A stretch of 64,000 nt of DNA from Sminthopsis crassicaudata. Its lineage: Eukaryota. The stretch covers positions 431,981,644-432,045,643 of the forward strand of contig NC_133619.1 in NCBI RefSeq assembly GCF_048593235.1, read 5' to 3'. The translations under genes were made by a program, and so were the position numbers. Below the pieces are notes generated by a model that was not told the origin of the DNA, ran no database searches, and saw nothing but the letters and a program-made list of their open reading frames with translations. Shown here piece by piece: positions 49,035 through 62,117 of the stretch; the stretch's first letter is position 1; the number at the start of each line of letters is the position of its first letter.

Positions 49035-49185
49035 TTTTGTTTTTTTTTTGTTGTTGTTGTTGTTGTTGTTTTGGCTATTAAGATTAAGTGACTTGGCCAA
49101 GGCCACATAGCTAATAAGATTCTGAGGCTGAAATTGAACTCAAGTCCTCCAGATTTCAGGACCTATGCTCAATCTACTACATCAC
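49035..49185 (-). mobile_element. WSINE1-type SINE with (GTT)n tail
   Basis: gattaagtgacttggccaaggccacatagcta...tctgaggctgaaattgaactcaagtcctcc. Confidence 0.8.
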
Positions 49186-49494
49186 AATATTTTTTCTTAA
49201 CTACACATAAAATGTTACTTTTAATAAATACCCTGCTTCCCCAAACCAAGTTTTTGTGGTATTAGTCAATAAGCATTTTTTAAGCATCTACTATGTGCTT
49301 GGAACTGTGGAAACAGCTAGAGTCCCAAAAACAAACAAACGAACAAAAGATAGTATCAGAGGATTAGTGTAGGTCATTTGGCAATAATCTTGGTTATCAT
49401 TCTGTTAGCTAGATGCAATATATATTATCGTTAGTGTCTTTATCTACATTATCTGACTTTAGAAATGTCCAATTATTTGACGACTCTGTTGACT

Positions 49495-49865
49495 GTCCTT
49501 TCTGCCTAAACTGCCCTTCCTACTCACATCTACCCCCTACGATCCCTCTTTCTTCAAGAAGCAAATAAAGCATCATGTTCTGTATGAAACCTTTCCTGCC
49601 CCATTCAATAACCCATGCCCTGCTCCCCCAACTAAAGTGTATTTGACTGTTTTGTATTTACTTCATATGTATTCTCTATATTTATATGCATATTTATTTG
49701 TATTTTAGATATTTATTTTATTTGAATTTTATTTGTATTTTTTACTTTATTTTTTTGTATACTTATATGTCTTTTTATCCCCTTGTAGATGCTAGCTCCT
49801 TGCTAGTGGAGGTTATTTCAGTTATGGTATTTTTATCCCCAGTGGCTAGAACATTCCAATGTTTC
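49495..49865 (+). mobile_element. L2 3' portion
   Basis: tgtatgaaacctttcctg...cccccaactaaagtgtatt...tagatgctagctccttg...tttttatccccagtggctag. Confidence 0.7.
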
Positions 49866-50009
49866 ATGTTTTCTTGCCCGATTTTTATTTCCTGAATTAT
49901 CAGAATAAATCATGTAGTGATAAATAAAGAGTAACAGAATTGAAGGCAGGAGATCTGGTTTTAAATTCTGAGTACCTGTTAAAAAGTCATTTAATCTCTT
50001 TAGGCCTCA

Positions 50010-50427
50010 TTTGTATTTTATTTTTTGTAGTATTTTAGTATATTTTATTTTTATAGTATTTTATTTTTCCAAATACATACAAAGCTAGTTTTCAACATTC
50101 ACCTTGGCAAAAAACCTAGTGTTCCAAATTTTTCACCCTCTTTCCCCCTTCCCCAAGATAGCAAGCAATCCAATATAAGTTATCCAATAAAATGTGCAGT
50201 TCTTCTAAACATATTTCCATATTGATCATGCTATCCAAGAAAAATCATTAAAAGAGGGGAAAAAATCATGAGAAAGAAAAATTGCCTTGAATACTCTCAT
50301 TGTTGAAAAGTACTAAGTCACAGTGAATCATCACTTAGTCTTATTGTTACTGTGTATGATGACCTTTTGGTTCTGCTCACTTCACTTAGTATCACTTTAT
50401 GTAAGGCTTTTCACCTTTCTGAAATCA
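50010..50427 (-). mobile_element. L1 3' end inserted into a MIR, 9-bp TSD
   Basis: tttccaaatacatacaaagctagttttcaacattcacc... L1 3' UTR; TSD taggcctca at 50001-50009 and 50428-50436; the MIR core continues (gtttctaaaatgggataataatcc). Confidence 0.88.
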
Positions 50428-50519
50428 TAGGCCTCAGTTTCTAAAATGGGATAATAATCCTTGTCTTGCCAAGTACTTGATAATGAAGTGTTTTGCAAAC
50501 CTTAAAAGACATATGAATG

Positions 50520-50710
50520 AGGAGCTTGGATGGCTTACTGGGCTTGGAATCAGGAAGATTGAGTTGAAATCCTGGCTCAAACACTTGTTAACGATGAGAC
50601 TCTAAGACAAGCATTTACCCACTCTCAAACTTAGTTTCCCTCTTTGAAAGGATTGGACTTAATGTCTGTCCTTTAAGATTCTTTCTAGCTCTCATTCTAT
50701 AATCCTATGA
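50520..50710 (+). mobile_element. MIR3-type SINE
   Basis: gggcttggaatcaggaagattgagttgaaatcctggctcaaacact...gattctttctagctct...tctataatcctatga. Confidence 0.75.
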
Positions 50711-51278
50711 ATGTGTTATTTATTTTTCTGCCTCAGTTCCACAAAACATTAACCATTTTAAAATATTGTTTCATCATATACACCAGAGAAACTGTACTAA
50801 AAGCATTAGCAAATGATATCATTTAAAAAAATAAGGGTTGTTTGTTTTCCTAAACACATCTATACTGTATTTGGCTAGATATCATGTTCTATATAACAAT
50901 TTCCACCTTTTTTTTTAAATAGATTGTGTAAATAAGTGGTATGAGAAGCTATCTTTTCAATGTCTAAAATTGAAAATCCAGTCTAAGAAACTGAATATAT
51001 AATCCCAGATTTGCTTTTGACCAGGGACTCCAGTCTTTAAATCTCAGAATGCTCTAAGTCACAGATATAAAGGTTATATCTCCTTAGAAATCCAATTTGT
51101 GATTAAACAAAGGATGGTGGGAAGATTCCCTCACAAAAGACCTAGGAATGTGCAAGGGAAAAATGCCCCTGAGGGGAAAAAAGCATATTGATTTAAGTAT
51201 TCTAATTGGTCAATTTTATTTCAAAATACATATTTCCTTCCAAATCTGAAAGTTAATTACCTTTTTTGCATCATTTAA

Positions 51279-51402
51279 GTGAAGCCTATGAATGTTTTTA
51301 CATTCATAAAATAAAATATATGAGATTACAAAGAAAACTATATTGAAATAAATTTATCAAAATAAAAAAATCAAACAAATCTGTAGAACCTAAGAATCCT
51401 TG
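51279..51402 (-). mobile_element. hAT-Charlie (MER5-group) element
   Basis: gtgaagcctatg...cataaaataaaatatatgagattacaaagaaaac...tattgaaata...taagaatccttg; reverse complement of the 29057 family. Confidence 0.75.
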
Positions 51403-53129
51403 TTAGTATAGCCAAAACAAAACAAAACTAAAAAGCAAGTTCACTTTTTAATTTCAACACTGAGTGGCACTTGTTTTGTGTTTTAATTCCCCTAACACTA
51501 GTCTTTCCTCTTTCATAGGAGGAATTCTCTGCATTCTGACTGAGACAGCAGCCATATGCTGCCAAAACTTTTGGATGAAAAGTAGACAATTCCATCAGCT
51601 AAGATTTTTCACCCCTCTGACTCCAAACATCTGGATCTTTCCAAACATCCAGGTGTGGGATGGAATACCACACTTTTTATCCAGATGTTTTAGTTCTGTG
51701 TAGCTTAGAGGCTTCAGTTCTAAGGAGATTGTAGTATGCCAAAATTCACAACTATATAACATTGCCAGGACAACATTGGTGCTTTATTGCTGGGATTTTT
51801 CTGTGTCAGGGCTGGAATTATTAAAAGCACAGATTTGTGGGTACAACCTGGCTGCAATATGTTTCCTAGGGCCACATTCTTCCATGTAAAAAGAGGCATA
51901 TAAGGAACATTTTTGAGGAAATGGGTGATGGGCTAGTTGTGGTCATTGCTAGGGAGAGAATATAATGGACATTCTAAGAGGCGTTCTTTTACTCACAAAC
52001 ATGTAAACAATAAAGGCCTCCATTATATTGAGTGAACACCATGGTTTAGACTCATACAGAATGATAAAAACTGTGTGAATTGGTTGTGAACTGCTTCAGT
52101 GGAGAGAATACCAGCATTATTGAGAACATAGTCATTTAGATATTAATGATGTTCAGTGGGTTGGAAAAGAACAGATGAGATAGGAACTCTTAATGTTGTG
52201 AATTTATTGCCTGGATTTCACATGGACAATAGAGGAGACACCACTGTTTAAAAGCAAACATGATGTCAGGATGCCTGACTAGGCACATGGAGCACAGCAC
52301 ATGGATACTGAGAACTAATCCTTTTCTGAAACAGTGGGCCTTAGACAAACCCTCACAAATGTCTCTTCTTTCTGGATCACACAAGTTATAGAGTAGAATT
52401 AAATTGAATGAAATATATAAAGTGGACTTTTTAACTCTTTGAAAGTAGATCCTCAGCAAAGAAACTAAGATCATCTTGCTTGAGGAAAATGTTAAGGTTT
52501 CTTTCCAAGTTCAAAGGAAATTCCTTTTTAACTGCTAAAATTGAGAAATTGGTATTCTTCATCCTCTATATAGGAGCCTGGATTGTTTTGTAGGTTTTTT
52601 TGTCATATTTCATGATATATAATTTAACTCATGATAATATGATATATATATATTCTGGTAATGGAATTCTACTTTATATAAAAGATTATGAAAAACATGA
52701 CTTTTCCATATAATTATGTGTATCAAGAAATGTCTCTCTAATACACTATTATCTTTTCTTTCTTTGTGTTCTCAGTGTCAAGAGTGCCTGGCATGTAATA
52801 GGCACATAATAAATACTTGTTCATTTATTGATTAATTCTGTGGGTTAAGGGACGATGCTTGATACTGAGGCAAACTTTTTTCAAATGATATAATTTCAGT
52901 CCTCAAAACGCTTTTGGAACTGGATAAGATGGGAAAAGAACATGAGTAGAAAAAAGCTGAAATTATACACAAATAAGGATGTCAGGTTAATGTGATTGGG
53001 ATACAGGTTCTCATGAAATAGAGGTTTTTTCCTAAACTGAAGATTCTGAAAGGCAGAAATAGTAAGTCATTATATACTGGATATTGGAAGGAGAAGGTGA
53101 GAAAGCTGGTAGACTGTATGAGTATGGTA

Positions 53130-54110
53130 GAAGTGGGATGCAGTATGGCATAGTGAGTTTTTAAAAGTGCTTTATTTGAGGATGGAAGACCTGGGTCCAA
53201 ATACAAGTTTTGCTACTGACATTATAACTTAAGGACTTTCAGTTTCAGTGGGAATAAGTGACTTCTAAGGTCCCTCCAATCGTAAATTTAGGATCCTGTA
53301 AATCTTTTATCCTAAGTCAAGTTCAGGAAACATCTAGTAGTCTATTTTATCATTAAGGTAGTTAATATGTCTAAAGGTTAGGTTCTCTAGAGGCATCAAG
53401 GAGAGACTTAAAAGCAATTCAAAGAGGAACCTGTCATAATCAGTTCTTTCAAATTTTAGGGTAAGTATTTTGGAAACTATGTGGATGTCAAGTAAGTTAT
53501 TATAATAGTCCAGGTAAAAGTTAATAAGCACTTCACCTAGGACAGCAACTGTGAGAAGCATTCTCTGTGGAGTAGTTAAAGCTTGAAGACACTAGGGTCA
53601 TCCGGTGCATCCCAGGCCACCATCAATAGTGACTTTTGTCCTGCCACTGGAAGAGAGAGTGAGACTGATGACTTTGTGCAATTCTCAATTAAATCCAATT
53701 CACAAGCAAGTCAATATATCTCCATCGTGTCATTGATCCTCTTCAAACAACAACAGCTTTATGAGTTGAAAGAAGACAAAGATGGGATGATATTGATAGA
53801 GCTTGAATGTATAGGAATTGACAAGTGTGGTTGGATGAGAAGCATGAAGGAAGAGACAAATTAAAGATGATTAGACAGGTTTGCTAGTGCCATCAATAAA
53901 AATAGGAAATTTGGAAGGGATTGCTGGGAAAGGGAGAGGGAATGAAGCTAATGAATTCTATTTTGGACATGTTGAGTTTGGATATAAATATGTGTCTGAA
54001 TGAATTGAAGATATAGGACTGACATTCAGAAGGGGGAATGGAGGCATCCATGTGAAGGTGATAATTGAATCAATCTCAGGATGGTGAATGGGGGAAAGAG
54101 ATAATGAGTT
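53130..54110. mobile_element. MIR3 (+, about 53130-53300) followed by old L2 fragments (-)
   Basis: gaagacctgggtccaaat...ctaaggtccctcc; minus peptide LINFYLDYYNNLL resembles L2 LVISRLDYCNSLL; ttctattttggacatgttgagtttg. Confidence 0.6.
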
Positions 54111-54902
54111 TAAAGTACTCTAACAATAATTAAATTAGTTATGTGAGCCCTAACTTCAAAAGTGAAAAGGGTTGGCTAGTGAAATCATGATTTCATGCTC
54201 TATGAAGGTCTGTAAGAAAGCAGGCATCCATTCAACAATGTAGGAACCAGGGAAGATTTGGGTCATCTTGTGTAAACGGCAAAGAAATGAAGAGATAGCC
54301 TCTCAGGGCTTTTCCCAATTCTTTTTAAGTAGTCAGACCATCTGCATATAGGAAGATAGATGCATATTGAAGAAAGTGGAACCCTAAACTTAGACTATTT
54401 TAGCTGACTTCCTGAAAAATTGCTGTAACATTTTTGCCCACAAACCTTTTACCTGAATTTCTCCTTAGAGTCCAAGTGTCATAATATATGGTACTGTTAA
54501 TATATACTCCTGCAATAACACATGTCCCAAAGACCAAATTCATTATTATGTTGTGACAGCATGTAGTTCCACATAACAGAATTATAGTATGCAGGGCCTG
54601 AGAAAAATCTGGTTTTCTTGTAAATGTAGATGACAATCATATAGTTGCAGGAGTTAGTGTTTATTTTACTTAATGCCTTATGTTCATAGGCTTTTTACAT
54701 TCAGATTCATTTTTAGAAATTAATTGGATATCAAAAGTGGAGGCTATCCTTATTTCATACATGCAGATATTATTCAGAGCTAAATACATGTCTTGGATCA
54801 CCTTTCTTCTAAATTGGAACAAATGAAGTAATCCCAAATGTTATTGAAATATTTACAAATATGATTAATAATAAAATGTATAGAATTTTCTGTACATTCT
54901 AC

Positions 54903-55116
54903 TCATGGAACATGAACATTGAAAAATAAGTACAACATATATTGTATTTAAGATACACTTAAACATTTTAATATGTCTATTCTGCCTGCCATCTAGGAGA
55001 GTGGGGTGGAGGGAAGGAAGGGAAAAGTTGGAACAAAAGTATTTGCAAGGGTCAGTGTTGAAAAATTACCCATGTAAATGTTCTGTCAATAAAAAGTTAT
55101 AATAAAGAAAGAAAAA
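54903..55116 (+). mobile_element. L1 3' end
   Basis: ctgcctgccatctaggagagtggggtggagggaaggaagggaaaagttggaacaaaag...ttacccatg...aataaaaagttataataaa. Confidence 0.85.
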
Positions 55117-56560
55117 GCAATACAAATACCCTAAAGTAATTTTATTGAAAAGCATTAGGATCAAATTTGAGAATAAACAATCCTTTTGGCCTGCTTGATA
55201 AACTTGCATGCAAATAATATTTGGACTTATTCTATTAATTCTCATGAACTTTACCTAGAATTCTTTACTATGTAAGATTAAACCTTTTGTTTAATTAGTA
55301 ATTAGTATCATTTCTAGCAGATTTGATATTTTTGAAAAAATATATCTTTGTAGCCCCAGAAAGCAACCCCAATCTGTTAGCTCAAATTATAGGTATTTTG
55401 TAAGTCAGAGACCTTATGTTTTATTAATCAACTGTAAGAACACAGACATAAGAAAGGCATTTCAATTAAATAGCAATTTAACTAAAATAATGGTATAACA
55501 TCTCTTCCTCCCCCACCAAGAAAACCCTCATGCTTACTCCAACATTGCCAAAGTGCTGATGTCCTCTGCTTAATACCATGGAATGCTCTCTGCTGAACCT
55601 GCTTCCTCTTCCAGTCATTGCTCTCTACTGCTATTTATCTGCATTTGCCCCTTCCCCCCATGTTTTGCTCTCCTCCCCCTCCCCATCCTTGAAATCCCCA
55701 TGGATAGACTACTAATATCTCCATCCAGCATTGTTAGATCACAGCTAGAAAGTTTTATTGTTTTCTTAACAAATATCACATTCCTGGTCAAGTCAGCTAA
55801 TACCTTTCAATCAGTCTGTACCAGAAGACATTGAGCGGAAGCAGAAAAGGACTGGGCTGCCCTTGGAACCCTTCTCGGAACTATCAACAGTTTCAAATTG
55901 TTAAACTATTCCTATTAAATTATTCCTATTAACTGTTAAACTCTGAACTACCTTGTCTTCTGTCTCCCTTGGAGGTCTTAGTTTAATTGTCCCTAACTTA
56001 GGGACATTTTAGTTCTTAGGTCTTAACCCCTGATTGAGCTATATCTCCATAGGATGCTACTTATCCAAATGGAAAAGAGTTTGAGAGACTGGTAAAAAAA
56101 ACTTTTGGCATTACAACATCATACCCTCTGCTGCCACAGTTAACTAAAGAGTATTGATCTTAGTACCACTTTTCCCCAATAATATATCCCCACTAATATA
56201 TAATACAGGCCTGACCATCCCCATCTCCCTATATCTTTATTATGAATAATTGACAAATGCATATTTGAAATATAAAATGACATTTCCATTGTCCCAAGTT
56301 CACAAGTATTGTGACTTTATTTTTTTCCATTGATTTCTGTGCCTGAGTTTTATCCAATATTAAGGCAGGAAAGTGGGTATAATGAATGTAGTGGCAGCAG
56401 TTGTAGATGGGGAATATGGCTAAAACATACTGCACATTGTCAGAGGATCAGAGTGAGATGTAATAAAAAGGCAGAGGGATGGAGTGAGAGATAAGTTTCA
56501 TCCACTTGTGCAAGGCCAGGTGCTACCATCACACTCACAAAACTACAAGATAATAAAGAC

Positions 56561-56750
56561 CAGTGGTTCTCAAACTTTGGTTCTCAATATCTTTATTCTA
56601 TTAAAAATTATTGAAAATTTCTCCAGAGTTTTTATGCGAGTTGTATTTATAGTTATTTACCATATTAGAACTAATTTTGAATTTCTAGACCTTCTGAAAG
56701 AGTTTCAGAGACCCCCCCAAGGAGTCTCTGGACTACGCTTTAGAGTTCTG
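56561..56750 (+). mobile_element. hAT-Charlie-type MITE
   Basis: 5' TIR cagtggttctcaaacttt; internal aaaaattattga...ttaccatattagaa; degenerate 3' end gactacgctttagagttctg. Confidence 0.75.
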
Positions 56751-59700
56751 ATTCTAAACATAAGTTACTGATGCTGTTGCCTCACATTCCTCTTCTATGG
56801 AAGCTATTGGAGGGCAATGCCTTAGAAGACTACTAGGAAGAACAGAAGAGAAGCATCAGCAAGAAAGGGCATTCACCAATCCCAGCCAGCTCAGTTGTTC
56901 CCAAAATTTCCTAATCTTTATAAATTTAAAGCAATTAAGTAACTTTGTCCAAGGTCACACAGCTGGTAAATGATAGAACTGGGATTTCAGTTGAGGTTCC
57001 CCTGACTCCAAACACAGTGTTAAATCCTAGTTTGTGAATAATGCTAAAATAGAAATACAAAGTTTATTTTGTAGGATTAAGAAAAAAAAAAAAAAAGCAA
57101 ACCACCTTTAATTTCATTGGTCATAAGAATTTCCTTCTATCAAGGCAGATCATCACTTGCTCTGAAATTTATAGCCTTGGAGAGCTTTCTGGGGCACTGA
57201 ACCTGCCCAGAGTCATACAGATAGAGCACATCAGAAGTGGGGCCGAAATCCTATTCTTGCTAACCTTGAAAATTTATCAACTATGCCAAGCTGATGCTTC
57301 CTCTCAATATGTATCTTATTTTAAAAGGTTTCTGTATTCTATCCTAAAGATTTATCTATGTGCTGTTCTACTCTCATAACTTTGAAAAATGAATGTTTTA
57401 AAAAGAAAAAATTTGTCAGATTACATTATAGGGTAGTTATCAATTAACAAACAAATCTGATGATCATGGAACACACTTGTTTAAGATTGTATGGTTTTAG
57501 TGTGGACTTTTCTGTCAGTAAGGGTTAATAATTTCTGTTTGAAGGAAATTTCTTTCTGCCAAGGATAAGAGCAGATACCCTTGCCTCACATCATTTTTAT
57601 GTGTTCCTTCAAGTGTTTCATATTTTTATATGCTATTAAAAAATGCTACAAAGTTTTCAAAATGACACCCTTCCATTTCAGCTAAATTCTGAATGCTCCA
57701 TCAATTAAAAAGCAAGGTCTTCTCAGTGGCTTTCTTCTCCTTTTTCTCAACTGCAATGGAACCTTGTGCTGTTGTTCAGTTTTGTGCAGAAAAGACAGTT
57801 TTCAGCTTGGGTAGTGCCAATGTCATTTATAGACATCGAGCCATCATAAATTTGGCATACATCTATCCAAATCCAAGAAGCAGAGATTTAATATCCCCTC
57901 ATAAGACAATAGATTAAACATATTTATGACAAACATCTTAAGTCTGAAGTTCTTTCTGGTACACAATCACAAAGAACGTAAATGAGCCCCATCTGTCTGA
58001 GGAAAATAGACCATTATTCTGAAGCCCACACTCTGTGAGTTGTACATTCATCATTAAGACTCTCAGAATCGATTTTTTAAAAATGGAACTGTCAGCATCT
58101 TTTTTCCCTTGTACCTTGAATTCGTGGGGTGGGGGGAGCAGACCTGCCAGGCAAGGCTACAGACAAGTATGCAGTCAAGCCCATGTGTTAGAAACTTCCA
58201 AAAAAGTCTTAGAACATTTTTCAGTGCTCCAAAATAATGCTAAATCTGAACTGTTGGTCTCTGCTCTCCTGCAAACTATTTCCCAGTATTAGTTACTAAA
58301 TGATGCAGGCCTCCAGTTGTGATTGACATATGATAGGTTGAGCAACTGCAAATTCTGCTAAAAGTAAAATCTTGGTTCTTCTTTTCTCTACAGTCTATGC
58401 CTCTGTTAGAAACTAATCTGAAGACTTTTATTTTAAAATAACAGCCACCCCAATAATTGTATTTATATACTACATTTCTCCACTTTATAAAAGGGTGATG
58501 AAAGAGTGGGGTATTTAGATTGTCTGCCTTTGAGCCTCCTTTATAGAGTCTTGCCATTTTGTGACTTCTGCTGAATGATTTGTATCAAACAAGTTTTCGG
58601 TAGATTTGTCTTTAATCTCCCTTGAGGAACAAAATCTTTTCCAACCTACAGTATGCCTGTTGGGTATCCTAGGTAATGTAATAGCATTTATTAAGAAGCA
58701 ACTACTGTGTGCCGGGTACTAGACTAGCCATTAAGTGATTTTCCAGGATCACTCAGCTAGTATTTGTGAAGGATGGGACTTTAACTCTGGGTTTTTTCTG
58801 CCACTAAGGCCCTCTATCCATTATTCTTTAGAATAATTGAATATTTCAAAAAATATCAGAATTGTCCTCTGTACAGAGTTTGAAGTAAAATAAACCATAG
58901 CATTATACTTCAATGACAATATAATACTAAGATTATTTTTCCTTACCAACATCAAATCATCATTGAATTTCTGGCCCAATGGCACCCTCTCCCATGGGGA
59001 GGGAGCATCTTAGGATGAGTTGGTCTTATATTACTAACAAAACAACCATTTTCTCTTTTGAAACAAAAAAAAAGTTCATTTCTCTTGGCATAGCATTTGC
59101 TTTTATTAGTTAACAGAGAGATAAAAACAAGTTTCAACAAAATGGGAACTCAGTCTCACACAAGAATTTTACTTTAGTACATGGCATTCATTCTATGGAC
59201 TTTGCCCCAGTCTCTCTAGAACCCTAAGTAATGTATTTAACTGTATTAAATATTTTAGATATATCACAGATAAAGTATGATTTCAACTGTCATTTAGAAT
59301 GTCTGTTTGCTTGGTATATAGAGTTGAAAGGCTCACAATTTGCAGAGCAAAATCACATCTGTCACTTTTACTAGACTATGGCCAATATTCCCTGTGGGTC
59401 ATTTTTGCAATCTTATTTCCATCCTTGGAATCTCTATGGGAATTACTCCCATAATTCTGTAAGTTGCACAGAATTTTGCCTTCTGGGGTTTGATTTCAGT
59501 GACATGAATTATGTGCTATCCTCTCTATTATAAACCACATCTCAGGAATGAGTTATTTTAAAACTTTTGGAGTCAAAGAAAGAACTCCCCACAAAGAAGT
59601 CAACATATTATTTCTGTATCGAACAGATTTAAGAAGCAAAAAACTACCCAGATTAATAAAAGCTATTCATTTGATCACACCCTGACAAACAAGCCCTCTT

Positions 59701-60534
59701 TTGTACTCCTCTGAAATATCTGACAGGCCAACTGACATGTGCCAGGGAGCCGACACAGCCTGCCCATTTTTGACATATTGATAATTAGACCATTCTTTTA
59801 TCTGACCATGAGACTGGCAGGCTGTGCCCAATTACAAAGTACTACAAGGACATGAGAGGACACTTGTCTGTCAGTTCCATGGGCCACAAAAGTCTCAGTG
59901 TGGTGATCTGTGGTTGCCAGACTGGCTTGGATATGAAAGAGCAAGAGAGGTTATGGGTCAGAACTAGAGATTGATGGAGTTCTGCTCAGAGGCCTTTGCA
60001 CAGACCAGACAGTGCTTCTGAGCCACTGAAAATTCTCACCTCCCTTTCATGTGTGCAGTGTTCTCTTCCCAAAAACAGGCCTGGTTATTTTTAATTTCTT
60101 TTAAGTGAAGTGATATAACAGGGAGTCTACTTTAACAGTGAAAGCCATCTTTATTTCTCTCACCTTAGCAAAATTACACAGATGAACATATCTGAAGTGA
60201 TTATAGATTTAAAAATAATAATAGCTAACATAGAGAGCTTACTATGTACCAGGCATTGTATTAAGTGATTTGCAATTATTATCTCATTTGATCTTCCTAA
60301 CAATCCTAGGAGATAGGTATTATTATTATTCCCATTTCATGAAAATATCTGCCATTCTAATTTGTTTATGATAAAAGACAATTTGACCATAGTGAGTTAA
60401 ATTAAACATATAACTGGGGGATATATAATTTTGGCTGCTATGGATAAAGAAATTGAGGCAAACAGCAATTACTTATGACCTGCCCAGTTAACAAGTCAAC
60501 CAGTTAACAAGTGTCTTTTTTGCAGCATTTCTTT

Positions 60535-60705
60535 TTTTTTTAAGCTTTTTTATTTTCCAAATATATGCAAAAATAGTTTTCAACATTCACCCTTACAAAA
60601 CCTTGTGTTCCTAATTTTTCCCCTTTCTTTCCCTCCACTTCCTCCCCAGACAGAAAGTAATCCAATAGATATTAAACATGTGCAATTCTTCTATACACAT
60701 TTCTG
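60535..60705 (-). mobile_element. L1 3' end (older subfamily)
   Basis: ttttccaaatatatgcaaaaatagttttcaacattcaccc...aatccaatagatattaaacatgtgcaattctt; same family as 50010-50427. Confidence 0.85.
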
Positions 60706-60765
60706 CTTTCTTGAGGCCATTATAACTCCAGGACCAATACTCAATCTACTGACCTATCAATTTTC

Positions 60766-62117
60766 TTTCTTTTTTTATTATAGATTTTTATTTACAAAAC
60801 ATATGCATTGGTAATTTTTCAACACTGACCATTGCAAAACCTTCTGTTCCAATTTTTCTCCTCCTTCCCTCTAGCCCTTCCCCTAAGATGGCAGGGTATT
60901 CCAACACATGTTAAANNNNNNNNNNNNNNNNNNNNNNNNNNNNNNNNNNNNNNNNNNNNNNNNNNNNNNNNNNNNNNNNNNNNNNNNNNNNNNNNNNNNN
61001 NNNNNNNNNNNNNNNNNNNNNNNNNNNNNNNNNNNNNNNNNNNNNNTGCACAAGAAAAATCGGACCTAGAAAGAAAAAAAAGAAACCTGAGAAAGAAAAC
61101 AAAAATGCAAGCAAACAACAACAGAAAGAGTGAGAATGCTATGTTGTATTCCACACTCAGTTCCCACAATCCTTTCCCTGGGTGTAGATGGCTCTCTTCA
61201 TCCCTGAACAATTGGAACTGGTCTGAATCAATTCATTCTTGCAGAGAGCCATGTCTATCAGAATTGATCGTTGCCCGTTGTACAGTCTTTTTGGTGCCAT
61301 GTACAATGATCTCTTGGTTTTGCTCATGTCATTCAGCCTCAGTTCATGTAAGTCTCTCCAAGCCTCTCTGAAATCATCCTGTTGATCATTTCTTACAGAA
61401 CAATAATATTCCATAATATTCATATACCACAATTTATTCAGCTATTCTCCAGTTGATGGGCATCCACTCAGTTTCTAGTTTCTTACCACTATGAAAAGGG
61501 CTGCCACAAACATTTTTCCACATGTGGGTCCTTTTCCCTCCTTTAAGATCTCTTTGGGATATAAGCCCAGTAGTAACACTGCTGGATCAAAGGGTATGCA
61601 CAGTTTGATAACTTTTTTGAGCATAGTTCCAAATTGCTCTCCAGAATGGCTGGATTCTTTCACAATTCCACCAACAATGCATTAGTGTCCCAGTTTTCCC
61701 ACATCCCCTCCAACACTCATCATTATCTTTTCCTGTCATCTTAGCCAATCTGACAGGTGTGTAGTGATATCTCAGAGTTGTCTTAATTTGTATTTCTCTG
61801 ATCAGTAGTGATTTGGAGCACTTTTTCATATGACTAGAAATAGTTTCAATTTCTTTATCTGAAAATTGTCTGTTCATATCCTTTGACCATTTATCAATTG
61901 GAGAATGGTTTGATTTCTTATAAATGTGAGTCAGTTCTCTATACATTTTGAAAATGAGGCCTTTATCAGAATCTTTGAATGCAAAAGTGTTTTCCCAGTT
62001 TATTGCTTTCCTTCTAATCTTGTCTGCATTAGTTTTTGTTTGTACAAAAGCTTTTTAACTTAATATAATCAAAATTATATTTTTTTGTGATCAGTAATGA
62101 TCTCTAATTCTTTGTAT
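60766..62117 (-). mobile_element. 5'-truncated L1 (about 1.35 kb): ORF2 C-terminus plus 3' UTR, disrupted
   Basis: Minus-strand peptides ...HMKKCSKSLLIREIQIKTTLRYHYTPVR...CWRGCGKTGTLMHCWWNC... and ...IPFDPAVLLLGLYP...MWYMNIMEYY... lie in different frames (frameshift, stops). TSD cctatcaattttc 60753-60765 / cctaccaattttc 62118-62130. Confidence 0.96.
60916..61046. other. Assembly gap (131 N) inside the L1 3' UTR
   Basis: Run of n characters. Confidence 0.99.

Noticed and set aside
60819-61946. Several ORFs of 60-179 aa around the N gap
   Set aside because: L1 ORF2 and 3' UTR fragments or their antisense; some are artificially extended through N codons.
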